DNA of 54,078 nucleotides from an archaeon (GCA_043810865.1 JBDRNS010000014.1:1-54078), one strand, 5' to 3'. Shown: positions 41,808-50,473, numbered from the stretch's first letter. The notes: a model not told the origin generated them from the letters alone. Translations and numbers: made by a program.

Positions 41808-42971
41808 ATGCAAAAAACAAATATGAAGACAAAAAACCTTTTTGGTTTTTTTCTGGCAGTTGCAAGCGTTTTGCTATTAGCTGCAAATGTAAGTGCTAGC
41901 TTCAGCAATGTGCAGGTTACTGTTGACAATGTTGACGTTCTTGACAGTCCGTCAATTGTTGCAGGCGAACTTGTTACATTCAAAGTTTACTTCACATCAA
42001 CTTCTGATGCCACAGATGTCAAGGCAAGAGTTGAAATTGAAGGAAAGAAAACAGACGTTACCGAAACAACTTCTGTCTTTGATGTTGAAGGCGGGCACAG
42101 ATATGTGAAAGTTTTGACTCTCAGAGTTCCTTACGAGCTTTATGATGAAGTAAGCGAGGACGCAGACCTTAATGTAAAAATTTGGGGCGGAGAATCAACA
42201 ACTTATGAAAACTCATTTGCGGTAAGAGTCCAGAGACCATCATACAACGCGGACTTGATGTCAGTAAGTGTCGGACAGACAGTAAATGCTGGAGAAATTT
42301 TTCCAGTTGACGTTGTTTTGAAAAACACAGGTTACAACAAGCTTGATGACTTGTATGTTACTGTGAAAATTCCAGAGCTTGAAATCAAGAAAACAGCTTA
42401 CTTTGGCGACTTGGTTTCTTTGGAAAACGATGACAACGATGACACAATAAGCGGAAGAATTTTGTTGCAGACACCGTTCAGCACAAAGCCGGGTGTTTAT
42501 ACACTTGAAGTTGAAGTCAAAAACAATGACATGACTATGAACGTTGTGAAACAGATTTCAATAGAAAATCATTTCATAAGCAATGTTGTTGTTTCAGGCA
42601 ATGAGCTGATGATTGTCAATCCAACAAACAAGCTGATGGTTTTGAGATTAGTTGCTGATGCGCCCCAGGGTGTTTCAGTAGTTCTAAGCGATGAAGTGGT
42701 TGCTGTTCCGGCTGGTTCAAGCAGAACAGTTATCGTGGATTCAAACAGCTTGGGCGGAACTAAGAGCTATAGCATAAACCTTTTCACAATGGATGGCGAA
42801 CTGGTTGATTCAGTTACTTTGAGCACATCTCAGAGTGCATCTGCCGGCAATGCAGTGGCTGTCTTGACAGTCATACTAACAATAGTATTTTTGGTATTAT
42901 TGGTGGTATTAGTTGTATTGCTTAGAAAGAAACCGGAAAAATCCAGCGAACTGGGTGAAAGCTATTACTAA
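41808..42971 (+). CDS. Candidate S-layer / major surface protein with C-terminal TM anchor
   Basis: Signal peptide, beta-rich T/V/S/D-rich ectodomain, C-terminal AVAVLTVILTIVFLVLLVVLVVLL anchor followed by RKKPEK. Strong promoter and SD. Codon usage looks GC3-richer than that of its neighbours. Confidence 0.6.
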   Translation: MQKTNMKTKNLFGFFLAVASVLLLAANVSASFSNVQVTVDNVDVLDSPSIVAGELVTFKVYFTSTSDATDVKARVEIEGKKTDVTETTSVFDVEGGHRYVKVLTLRVPYELYDEVSEDADLNVKIWGGESTTYENSFAVRVQRPSYNADLMSVSVGQTVNAGEIFPVDVVLKNTGYNKLDDLYVTVKIPELEIKKTAYFGDLVSLENDDNDDTISGRILLQTPFSTKPGVYTLEVEVKNNDMTMNVVKQISIENHFISNVVVSGNELMIVNPTNKLMVLRLVADAPQGVSVVLSDEVVAVPAGSSRTVIVDSNSLGGTKSYSINLFTMDGELVDSVTLSTSQSASAGNAVAVLTVILTIVFLVLLVVLVVLLRKKPEKSSELGESYY

Positions 42972-43047
42972 ATTAATTTTTTATTTTTTTAATTTTAATT
43001 ATTTTAATGAAAGAAAAGACATAATAAACGGAAGTTTTCCAAATAAA

Positions 43048-43293
43048 ATGGCGGAAGAAAAAAGTTTGAGAGTTACAGGAACATTGGGAGATGAAACAAA
43101 AAGAAATGCAGAAGGAATTCCTACAGAGGCAGAACTTGAGAGAAATTCAAGAATTAAATGCCCTTTCTTGAGAGGAAACGAGAAACAAGGATATATTTGT
43201 GGAGCAGATATTAAAAGAATTGTATCAGAAGCTCATTTGGAAAATTTTTGTCATGACAATTATCAAGAATGCACAAGTTATAAAGGAAGATAA
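43048..43293 (+). CDS. Small 4-Cys protein
   Basis: Start trimmed to ATG 43048 (MAEEKSL...). Cys pattern C-x13-C...C-x7-C (KCPFLRG...YICGA...FCHDNYQEC). Confidence 0.45.
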   Translation: MAEEKSLRVTGTLGDETKRNAEGIPTEAELERNSRIKCPFLRGNEKQGYICGADIKRIVSEAHLENFCHDNYQECTSYKGR

Positions 43294-43320
43294 ATTTATA
43301 AAAAATATTATTTGATTAAG

Positions 43321-43713
43321 ATGATGGATTTTAAAAAAAGTTTTAGATTGGGTTTGGCAGGAATATTATCTCCCTTGTTAATTAATCCGATTTTATCTTT
43401 AAGTTCAGAGGAAGCAAATCAATGTCAGACATTTTATTCAAATATTGGAGGTATGAGCACCCAGTATGTAAGGTGCCCTGAATCGCAACGTTATGAGACA
43501 CTTTCAGAAGTAGAAGGGATAGGAAAATATACTGTAGAACACATTGATGCAAATAAAAACGGAACAGTAGATGTAATTATTGTCAGAATAAAAGATAAAA
43601 ATATCATAATGTTGAGAAGTGAATATGAGGAATATTTTTGGCAGGCAGATGCTGCTTTAAGATATTTAGACAGAACAAATCCGCCAAGAGATAACAATAT
43701 TAATAGTACTTAA
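43321..43713 (+). CDS. Small secreted protein with DxNxNGxxD calcium-loop-like motif
   Basis: Signal-like N-terminus. DANKNGTVD resembles an EF-hand/dockerin-type loop. ATG 43321 is preferred over TTG 43312. Confidence 0.45.
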   Translation: MMDFKKSFRLGLAGILSPLLINPILSLSSEEANQCQTFYSNIGGMSTQYVRCPESQRYETLSEVEGIGKYTVEHIDANKNGTVDVIIVRIKDKNIIMLRSEYEEYFWQADAALRYLDRTNPPRDNNINST

Positions 43714-44277
43714 TTATTTCACTTTCAAAAAATTCAATGTCTTTTCCAGAATTCCTGGCTGGATTTTTTCTTCAAAGTGCCCTTTGTTTTTTTCAGTTAC
43801 AATTTTTGCGCTGAGTTCTTTTTTGAAAATTTCTGCGTTTGACTGAGAAACATAAGGGTCGTTATCGGAGAAAATCGCGAGAAAATTTGTGCAGTGCTCC
43901 AAAATTCTGAGAAAATCAATTTTGCTGTTCAGCCAAGGATGCGCGATTTCCATTTCTTCCGGTTCAAGGTTTATGAGATTAAACCATCCCGCGACAAAAA
44001 TGCAACCGCCGATTTTTTTGTTTTTGTGAAGTTTTTCAAGAAACCTGAGAATTGCCTGGCAACCAACACTATGTCCTATAAAATATGTTTCTTCGTCAAC
44101 ATCTTTTACATTTTCTCCCATGTGTTTAACCCATTCCTCTATTTTTGGATGTTCAGAGTTTGGCATGTCAAATGCAATCACTTCAACATTTCTTTTTTCA
44201 AGTTCTTCTTTCAACCAAGGATACCATAATTCCTCGGAATTTCCATCCCACATGTGAATCAAATAAATTTTTTTCAT
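43714..44277 (-). CDS. Alpha/beta serine hydrolase (RBBP9/YdeN-like)
   Basis: GHSVG nucleophile elbow. Size of ~190 aa and N-terminus IYLIHMWDGNSEELWYPWL are typical of the family. Its ATG directly abuts the smc stop. Confidence 0.65.
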   Translation of the reverse strand: MKKIYLIHMWDGNSEELWYPWLKEELEKRNVEVIAFDMPNSEHPKIEEWVKHMGENVKDVDEETYFIGHSVGCQAILRFLEKLHKNKKIGGCIFVAGWFNLINLEPEEMEIAHPWLNSKIDFLRILEHCTNFLAIFSDNDPYVSQSNAEIFKKELSAKIVTEKNKGHFEEKIQPGILEKTLNFLKVK

Positions 44278-47139
44278 TTAAATTTTCAAGCTAACAACTT
44301 TACTTACTCCTTCGTGCATGCTGACTCCGTAGAGATTTGTCGCGTTTGTAATGACTTCGTCATTGTGAGTTATAACTATGTATTGCCCTTTCTTCATATA
44401 TTTTTTCAAAAGTTCTGCAAGACGTTCCGAGTTTCTTTTATCCAGGGCTGCGTCAATTTCGTCGAGAATGTAAAAGCTGTATGGTTTTAGTTCCTGAATT
44501 GCGAAAATCAGCGACAGTGCGACAAGTGTCTGCTCTCCGCCTGAAAGAGATGTTACATCAAAATATTTTCCGTGTCCTGTTTTCACGACAATTCTCACGC
44601 CTGAGCCGGATTCAAACGGCTCTTTCTTATTTTCTATTTCAAGATATGCAATTCCTTTTGAGCTTAAGTCAGAAAAGTTTCGCGAGAAAATTTCACTCAA
44701 AGATTCAAGAGTGTGGAGGAATGTCTTTTTCTTTTTTATGTCAATCTCATGAATTATTCTCATGATTCCTTCTTTTTCTTTTTCAATCACTTCAACTTTC
44801 TCCTTCACTGAATCATATTCTTTTTTTACAGAATCATAAACCTCAAGAGAAAGAAGATTTACAGAGCCGATTCTTATCAGCGCGTCTTTTGCCTGTTCAA
44901 GACGGTTGATTAAGGATTCCCTGCTTGCTTTTATTATTTCAATGTTCTTGAATTCAAAAAAATCTGTTTTCAAATTGTCCATCTCCGCATTTATTCTTGC
45001 CTTGTCAATGCTGAAATTGTTAATTTCCTGTTCAATTGAGTGAATTTTATTTTGGTTTTCAAAAAGTTCTGTTTCGTTCTCGCGGATTTTTTTCTGGAAA
45101 CCGTCGCGTTCAGAGATAAGTTTCCGGAATTTTCTCGTAAGTTCTTCTTCCTGCATTTTCTTGTCTTCCAGAAATTCCTCTTTTTCATTTGCAGAATCCT
45201 CAAGTAAAGAAAGTTCTTCCTGCATTTCTTCCTCGTCTCTTGAGAGCTGTTTTACATTAATTTTTGCCCTCTCCAATTCACGCTGCTTGAAGGAAATTTC
45301 AGAATCAACATTTTTGTCTGTTCTCATTGAGATTTCCTGCATTTCTATTCTCGCTGTTTCATACTTTCTTTCAACATCATAATTTTCATCCATTGCATTT
45401 TCAAGATTTTTTCTTTTTTTCCCAAGTTCGGAAATTTCCTTTTCCAAAAATTCTTTTTTTCCCTGCAGAATTTTTATCTGCTCTTTTTTTTCTTCCATGC
45501 CTGAGAGCTTAACCAAGTCAGATTCTCTTTTTGCAATTTCAGAATTAATCTGCTCGATGTCCTGCTTCAGAATTTCTTTTTTCTTCATAATTTCATTCAG
45601 TTCCCTATCTGATTTTTTAATCTCGCTTTCAAGAATCTTAATTTCCTCTTCTGTTTCAGAATTTATTGAATGAACATGTTCAGGAGTAATTTTTGATTTG
45701 CAGACAGGGCATATGTCAATTTTTTCTATTTTTTCCATAAATTTTTTCTGTTTTTCTATTTCATGCTCATCGGCGTAGGATTTCTTTTCAAATTCTTTTT
45801 CTGATTTTTCTATGCTTTCCAACATTTTCTTTTTTTCTTCCAAAGACAATTGAAGCTCGCGCACTTTTTTTCCGTCTGTTTTTTTGTCAAAAAGCATTTG
45901 TGAAACCTGCGATATTTGCTTTATCAAAAATTCCGACTCATTTGAATAATTCTGCAGAAGTTTTTGCTTGTCGTCAATTCTCTCCCTAATTGATTTCAGT
46001 TCTGTTTTGATAGTGTAAAACCTTTTTCTTTTCTCCTCAAGTTTTTCAAGCTCCTTTTTCTTTTGTTCAATGTCTTTTTGTTTCAGTGTTTCAGGAGCTC
46101 CTTTTTTCAATTCTTTTACAGAAATTTCATTTTCCCTTATCCATAATTCAAGTTCTGTTCTTTTCTTTTGTGTTTCAGAAATTTTGTTTTTGTAGTTTTC
46201 AATTCTTACATCAATACCTGCAATTTCCGCACGGAGGTTCGCTATTTCCTGATTAAGCTTTTCCTGCTCAAAGCCGGTTGATTTTTGAATTGAAGAATTT
46301 ATTGAGATTATTTTTGACTCGCAATCAGAAATATCTTTTCTTATCTCAGCGAGGATTTTTCTCAGTTTTTCAATTTCCTTGTTTTTCTTTGATATTTCCT
46401 CTTCTGTTTTTTTAATCTCTTTTTCTTTTCTCTGCAAATCAAGATTTATTATGCTTGCCTTGAATTTTTTTGTATCCTCCTCCAGCTTCTTGAATCTCAG
46501 TGCCTGCTGTCTTTCTTTTTCAAGATTGTTAAGATAAGATGTTCTTTCCCTCAAAATTGCGGTGATTTCTTTCAGTTTCTCTTCGGTTTTCTGCAATTCC
46601 CTTAAAGATTTTTCTTTTCGCGTTTCATATATTGCAATTCCTGATACCTCCTCAATAACTTTTCTTCTTTCCTCCGGATGCATTTTCACGAAGTTTTGTA
46701 TTTCTCCCTGAAGAATTATGTTAAAACCGTAAGAATCAATTCCTGCCTGAGCAAGCAACGAGAGAATTTCCTGTCTTGTTTTTGTTTCGCCCTGAATCTT
46801 GTAAATGCTCTGCCCGTTTTTTCGCACTATTCTTTTTATTGCAACTTCATCTTTGTCAATTGAAAAAATTCTGTCGCTGTTGTCAAGAACAAGTTCAACG
46901 ATTGCTTCTTTTGCAGGGGACGCGACTTTGCTTCCCAGAAATATTAAATTGCTTGCCTTCGCTGCTCTTATGGATTTTATGCTCAAACGCCCGAGGACAA
47001 AACACAATGCATCTGAAACATTGCTCTTCCCGCTTCCGTTAGGACCGAGGATAACATTGATGTTCGGCGTGAAAATCAGTTCTGTTTTTCTGGGGAAACT
47101 TTTGAAACCGTGCATCACCAATTTTTTAATATAAGCCAT
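44278..47139 (-). CDS. smc: SMC-type chromosome ATPase lacking a hinge, with central CPVC motif
   Basis: N-terminal FKSF...GPNGSGKSNVSDALCFVLG. Q-loop-like LQGEIQNF. C-terminal LSGGEQTLVALSLIFAIQELKPYSFYILDEIDAALD. About 620 aa of continuous coiled coil. CPVC at residues 477-480 of 953 (nt 45700-45711). Confidence 0.85.
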   Translation of the reverse strand: MAYIKKLVMHGFKSFPRKTELIFTPNINVILGPNGSGKSNVSDALCFVLGRLSIKSIRAAKASNLIFLGSKVASPAKEAIVELVLDNSDRIFSIDKDEVAIKRIVRKNGQSIYKIQGETKTRQEILSLLAQAGIDSYGFNIILQGEIQNFVKMHPEERRKVIEEVSGIAIYETRKEKSLRELQKTEEKLKEITAILRERTSYLNNLEKERQQALRFKKLEEDTKKFKASIINLDLQRKEKEIKKTEEEISKKNKEIEKLRKILAEIRKDISDCESKIISINSSIQKSTGFEQEKLNQEIANLRAEIAGIDVRIENYKNKISETQKKRTELELWIRENEISVKELKKGAPETLKQKDIEQKKKELEKLEEKRKRFYTIKTELKSIRERIDDKQKLLQNYSNESEFLIKQISQVSQMLFDKKTDGKKVRELQLSLEEKKKMLESIEKSEKEFEKKSYADEHEIEKQKKFMEKIEKIDICPVCKSKITPEHVHSINSETEEEIKILESEIKKSDRELNEIMKKKEILKQDIEQINSEIAKRESDLVKLSGMEEKKEQIKILQGKKEFLEKEISELGKKRKNLENAMDENYDVERKYETARIEMQEISMRTDKNVDSEISFKQRELERAKINVKQLSRDEEEMQEELSLLEDSANEKEEFLEDKKMQEEELTRKFRKLISERDGFQKKIRENETELFENQNKIHSIEQEINNFSIDKARINAEMDNLKTDFFEFKNIEIIKASRESLINRLEQAKDALIRIGSVNLLSLEVYDSVKKEYDSVKEKVEVIEKEKEGIMRIIHEIDIKKKKTFLHTLESLSEIFSRNFSDLSSKGIAYLEIENKKEPFESGSGVRIVVKTGHGKYFDVTSLSGGEQTLVALSLIFAIQELKPYSFYILDEIDAALDKRNSERLAELLKKYMKKGQYIVITHNDEVITNATNLYGVSMHEGVSKVVSLKI

Positions 47140-47179
47140 ATAAAAACCTCCAGCGGGTTTTTATGAATCCCGCAACCAT
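47140..47179 (-). repeat. 40-nt element shared with the tRNA-Ile intron (36/40 identical to 840-879)
   Basis: Minus strand ATGGTTGCGGGATTCATAAAAACCCGCTGGAGGTTTTTAT versus intron ATGGTTGCTGGATTCGTGAAAACCCGCTGGAGGTTTTTAC. Includes the GGAGG Shine-Dalgarno 7 nt before the smc ATG. Confidence 0.8.
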
Positions 47180-47214
47180 TGATTAAGTTATATGAAGAAG
47201 TTTTTAAAGATTGT

Positions 47215-47886
47215 TCAAAATTCCGCGAGTTTTTTCTGGCTTAATCCGGATTTTGCATTTTTCCAAGTTGCCCAGGATTTTCTGAAAATTCCGTCTTTGT
47301 GATATTTCTTTATGTTGCTTGCAAGAAACTTTGCTGTCAAAGGATCAGAACTGTAACCGGAACCGATTTCATTTCCGTATTTTTCTTTCAGCATTTTCAT
47401 TTCCTCCTCTCTTGTTGATTTTGCAAGTATCGAGGCGGCTGAAACAGAAACATGATTTATATCTGCCTTGTGTTCGCATGAGACATCAAGGTTTGAAAGA
47501 TTTTCTATCTGCATCTTCAAAAAGTCCTGCCACTTTTCCCTGTTAACAGACGGGCAATCAACAAGAACATTTATTTTTTTGAAACCCTTGTTTATTTTGT
47601 TTATAATCCGTGCGCATGCAAATGCCTCAACCTCGTTCAGTTTCACACCGTCCAGGTTTTTTTCATCAATCTCTTCCGGATGAATTATAATTACCTCAAA
47701 TGTCTCTGCTTTTTCACGTATTACTTCAGCGAGAAATTCGCGTCTTTTTTCTGTGAGTTGCTTGCTGTCCTTAACTCCCAGACGCTTAAATTCTTTTTCT
47801 GTTTTTTCGTCAATCAAACATCCGGCGAGAACCATCGGGCCAATCACAGGGCCGCGCCCTGCATCGTCAATTCCAAGTTTTAGCAT
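47215..47886 (-). CDS. rnhB: Ribonuclease HII
   Basis: LGIDDAGRGPVIGPMVLAG N-terminus and downstream DSK/ASI motifs typical of RNase HII. Confidence 0.85.
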   Translation of the reverse strand: MLKLGIDDAGRGPVIGPMVLAGCLIDEKTEKEFKRLGVKDSKQLTEKRREFLAEVIREKAETFEVIIIHPEEIDEKNLDGVKLNEVEAFACARIINKINKGFKKINVLVDCPSVNREKWQDFLKMQIENLSNLDVSCEHKADINHVSVSAASILAKSTREEEMKMLKEKYGNEIGSGYSSDPLTAKFLASNIKKYHKDGIFRKSWATWKNAKSGLSQKKLAEF

Positions 47887-47907
47887 GAAGTTTGAATAAT
47901 GATAAGC

Positions 47908-47917
47908 TTTATAAGAT
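47908..47917 (+). promoter_or_regulatory. TATA-like box for initiator tRNA
   Basis: TTTATAAGAT ends 22 nt upstream of 47939. Confidence 0.45.
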
Positions 47918-47938
47918 TTATTCTTTTGAATTTCTCAT

Positions 47939-48057
47939 AGCGAGGTGGAGCAGTCTGGAGTGCTCGCAGGGCCCATAAGCGAGATTCACGGAATCTCTCA
48001 TTCCATGCTATCGCACGGAAACCCTGAGGTCGTGTGGTTCAAATCCCACCCTCGCTA
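47939..48057 (+). tRNA. Initiator-type tRNA-Met (anticodon CAU) with 43-nt intron (47978-48020)
   Basis: A1:U72 (AGCGAGG/CCTCGCT) and three G:C pairs at the bottom of the anticodon stem (CAGGG/CCCTG) are initiator hallmarks. Loop CCCATA^intron^A. T arm GTG(T)GG-TTCAAAT-CCCAC has one extra U. Confidence 0.7.
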
Positions 48058-48070
48058 TTCTTCAATAACT

Positions 48071-48079
48071 TTTTTAAGC
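48071..48079 (+). promoter_or_regulatory. TATA-like box for tRNA-Ser
   Basis: TTTTTAAGC ends 22 nt upstream of 48101. Confidence 0.4.
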
Positions 48080-48100
48080 AGATAATTCTCTTTAATTTTA

Positions 48101-48249
48101 GCCCACTTCGCATAATGGTATTGCACTGGATTGCTAATCCCCAACTTTCTTTAGAAAAGAAAGTTCAGTGCTCAAAGAAACTACAAGAGCAAGGAGAGAC
48201 AAAGATCCAGGCCCTTCGGGGCTCGCAGGTTCGATTCCTGCAGTGGGCG
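48101..48249 (+). tRNA. tRNA-Ser (anticodon GCU) with ~68-nt intron (48137-48204)
   Basis: GCCCACT-TC-GCAT-AATGGTA-TTGC-A-CTGGA-TTGCTA^intron^A-TCCAG. Long variable arm GCCCTTCGGGGCTC. GCAGG-TTCGATT-CCTGC-AGTGGGC-G. The duplicated ATCC at both junctions makes the exact splice point ambiguous (37/38 to 41/42). Confidence 0.75.
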
Positions 48250-48259
48250 TTTATTAAAA

Positions 48260-48478
48260 ATGAGAAAATATACTGATAGGAAACCACCTGAGCTTGGAGA
48301 ATTGAGAGATTACTCTGAAGAACAAAAATATGAACTGCATGAAAATCGGCTGGAATTGGCGGCAAGAGCAGTTGATGAATACATTAAAATTGCAGGAAAT
48401 TATTTAAGAAGAAGAGGACATTATTTGGTTGAAACAATTTCGGATTTTTACAGACAAAGAAGTCCTGCTTATGGATAA
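48260..48478 (+). CDS. Small hypothetical protein
   Basis: ATG lies 10 nt after the tRNA-Ser 3' end. Helical, no motif recognised. Confidence 0.4.
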   Translation: MRKYTDRKPPELGELRDYSEEQKYELHENRLELAARAVDEYIKIAGNYLRRRGHYLVETISDFYRQRSPAYG

Positions 48479-48496
48479 TTAAAATTAAAAAATATT

Positions 48497-49636
48497 ATGG
48501 ACATAAAAAAAGAATCTCTGGATTTGCATGAAAAGCTGAAAGGCAAACTTGAGGTAAAATCAAAAATTGCGCTGAAGACGAAAAAAGATTTTTCTCTTGC
48601 ATACACGCCGGGCGTTGCGGAGCCGTGCAAGAAAATCCATGAAAACAAAAATGATGTTTACAAATATACAATAAAACAGAATACTGTTGCAGTAATTTCC
48701 AACGGCACGGCGGTTCTTGGTTTGGGAAACATCGGCGCAGAGGCAGCAATACCGGTTATGGAAGGAAAAGCCGCGATATTCAAAGAACTTGCAGGCATTG
48801 ACGCGTTTCCAATCTGCATAAATTCCGAAGACGCTGAAGAAAACATAAACATAATAAAAAAGATTTCCCCTGTTTTCGGAGGTGTAAATCTTGAGGATTA
48901 CAAGTCGCCGGAATGTTTTGAAATAGAAAAAAACCTGCAGGACTTAGGGATTCCGGTGATGCACGACGACCAGCACGGAACAGCAGTTGTTGTCCTAGCA
49001 GCTTTGATTAATTCGCTGAAAGTTTTAAATAAAAAAATAGAGGATGTGAAAATTGTTTTTTCCGGCGCGGGCGCTGCGGCGATTGCAATATCAAAACTAT
49101 TGATAAGCTATGGGGCGAAAGGTGACAATGTTATTTTGTGCGACAGGAAAGGAGCAATCTATGATGGAAGAGACAATCTTAACAAGCCGAAGAAAGAAAT
49201 CTCGGAAATTACAAATCTTAAAAAAGAAAATGGGAGTTTGAAAAAAGTCCTGGAAGGCGCGGATGTTTTTATCGGGGTTTCGACAGGAGATGTTCTTGAA
49301 GAAAAAGATGTGGAGAAAATGAATGGGGGAATAATTTTTGCAATGGCAAATCCTGTTCCTGAGATTTCTCCTGAAAAAGCGAAGAAAGGCGGGGCGAAAA
49401 TCATTGCTACAGGAAGGAGTGATTTTCCAAATCAGGTTAACAATGCTCTTGCGTTCCCGGGAATTTTCAGAGGTGCATTGGATGTGAGAGCAAAGAGAAT
49501 TACAGAGAAAATGAAAATTGCCGCCGCAGAAGCAATCGCAAATTTTGTTGAACCGACAAGCGAGAAAATACTTCCTGAGATTACAGACAGGAAAGTTGTT
49601 GCTGCTGTCGCAGAGGCGGTAAAAAAAGCGGTGTAA
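48497..49636 (+). CDS. NAD(P)-dependent malic enzyme (short form)
   Basis: LAYTPGVAEPC, VAVISNGTAVLGLGNIGAEAAIPVMEGKAAIFKELAGIDAFPIC, and NAD-binding FSGAGAAAIA. Confidence 0.85.
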   Translation: MDIKKESLDLHEKLKGKLEVKSKIALKTKKDFSLAYTPGVAEPCKKIHENKNDVYKYTIKQNTVAVISNGTAVLGLGNIGAEAAIPVMEGKAAIFKELAGIDAFPICINSEDAEENINIIKKISPVFGGVNLEDYKSPECFEIEKNLQDLGIPVMHDDQHGTAVVVLAALINSLKVLNKKIEDVKIVFSGAGAAAIAISKLLISYGAKGDNVILCDRKGAIYDGRDNLNKPKKEISEITNLKKENGSLKKVLEGADVFIGVSTGDVLEEKDVEKMNGGIIFAMANPVPEISPEKAKKGGAKIIATGRSDFPNQVNNALAFPGIFRGALDVRAKRITEKMKIAAAEAIANFVEPTSEKILPEITDRKVVAAVAEAVKKAV

Positions 49637-49699
49637 CAAAAGATATAAAAAGCATTTTTGCGGTAATTAATAATCCATTGTAAATGGACAATAAATAAA

Positions 49700-50428
49700 A
49701 TGGAAGAAGAGAAAACAATTTCGATAAAGAAGAGTGACTTGTGGAAGTATTCGACACTGCTTTTGCTTGCAGTTGTTGTAATCGGAGGTGTTTTTCTGTT
49801 CACAGGAAACCCGGGAACAGGAAATGCTGTAAATACAGGCACGGAAGATGTTGACTTGGGTGTTTTTACAGATAATCCTTCGCTGTTTCCCTCTCTTGGA
49901 CCTGAAAATGCAGACAATGTTGTCTTGGAATTTTCTGACTTTCAGTGCCCTTATTGTGCGATGGCATCAGGATTGCCTTCCTGGACAAGCCAGTATCAGG
50001 CACAGTATGGCGACTTGATTAATTCTGCAGGAAAGATTCAGGAACTGGCTGAACAGGGTGAATTAAGATTCATTTATGTTCCAATGAGTTTCCTCGGGCA
50101 GGAATCGGTTTATGCGGCTGAAGCAGGATATTGCGCAAATGAACAGGGCAAGTTCTGGGAAATGCACGACAAGATTTTTGCAGCGCATGACATGCAGGAA
50201 AACAACGGGAAATACAGCAAAGACAAACTGAAGATACTTGCACAGGGAATAAGCGGACTTGATTCGGAAAAGTTTAACAAATGCCTTGACGACGACAAAT
50301 ACAGCAATGCTGTTCAGCAGGCAGCTGCTTATGCAAGCACTGCGGCAACAGGAACGCCAACATTCTACGTCAACGGGCAGAAGCTCTCAGGAAGCTGGAC
50401 TCAGTTGTCCGCTACCTTGGGAATTTAA
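49700..50428 (+). CDS. Membrane-anchored DsbA-like thiol:disulfide oxidoreductase
   Basis: N-terminal TM and a thioredoxin-fold CPYC active site (FSDFQCPYC). Confidence 0.75.
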   Translation: MEEEKTISIKKSDLWKYSTLLLLAVVVIGGVFLFTGNPGTGNAVNTGTEDVDLGVFTDNPSLFPSLGPENADNVVLEFSDFQCPYCAMASGLPSWTSQYQAQYGDLINSAGKIQELAEQGELRFIYVPMSFLGQESVYAAEAGYCANEQGKFWEMHDKIFAAHDMQENNGKYSKDKLKILAQGISGLDSEKFNKCLDDDKYSNAVQQAAAYASTAATGTPTFYVNGQKLSGSWTQLSATLGI

Positions 50429-50473
50429 TTTTATTTTTTATTTCTTATTTTATTTTTTTGGGAAGAATTTATA

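Noticed and set aside
44278-47139. Calling the 953-aa ATPase Rad50 because of the central CxxC
   Set aside because: The head motifs (FKSF, DEIDAALD D-loop region, the conserved segment preceding the C-terminal head) are SMC-like, and no mre11 gene is adjacent. I kept it as SMC-type with an unusual apex; see the finding.
48034-48365. ORFs 48034-48276 (+) and 48165-48365 (-)
   Set aside because: They overlap the initiator tRNA 3' end and the tRNA-Ser gene and intron. They have no coding features.
49097-49917. 180-aa and 161-aa minus-strand ORFs antisense to malic enzyme and the DsbA-like gene
   Set aside because: The sense strand encodes strongly conserved motifs. The antisense ORFs are Cys/Phe/Arg-rich with no motifs.
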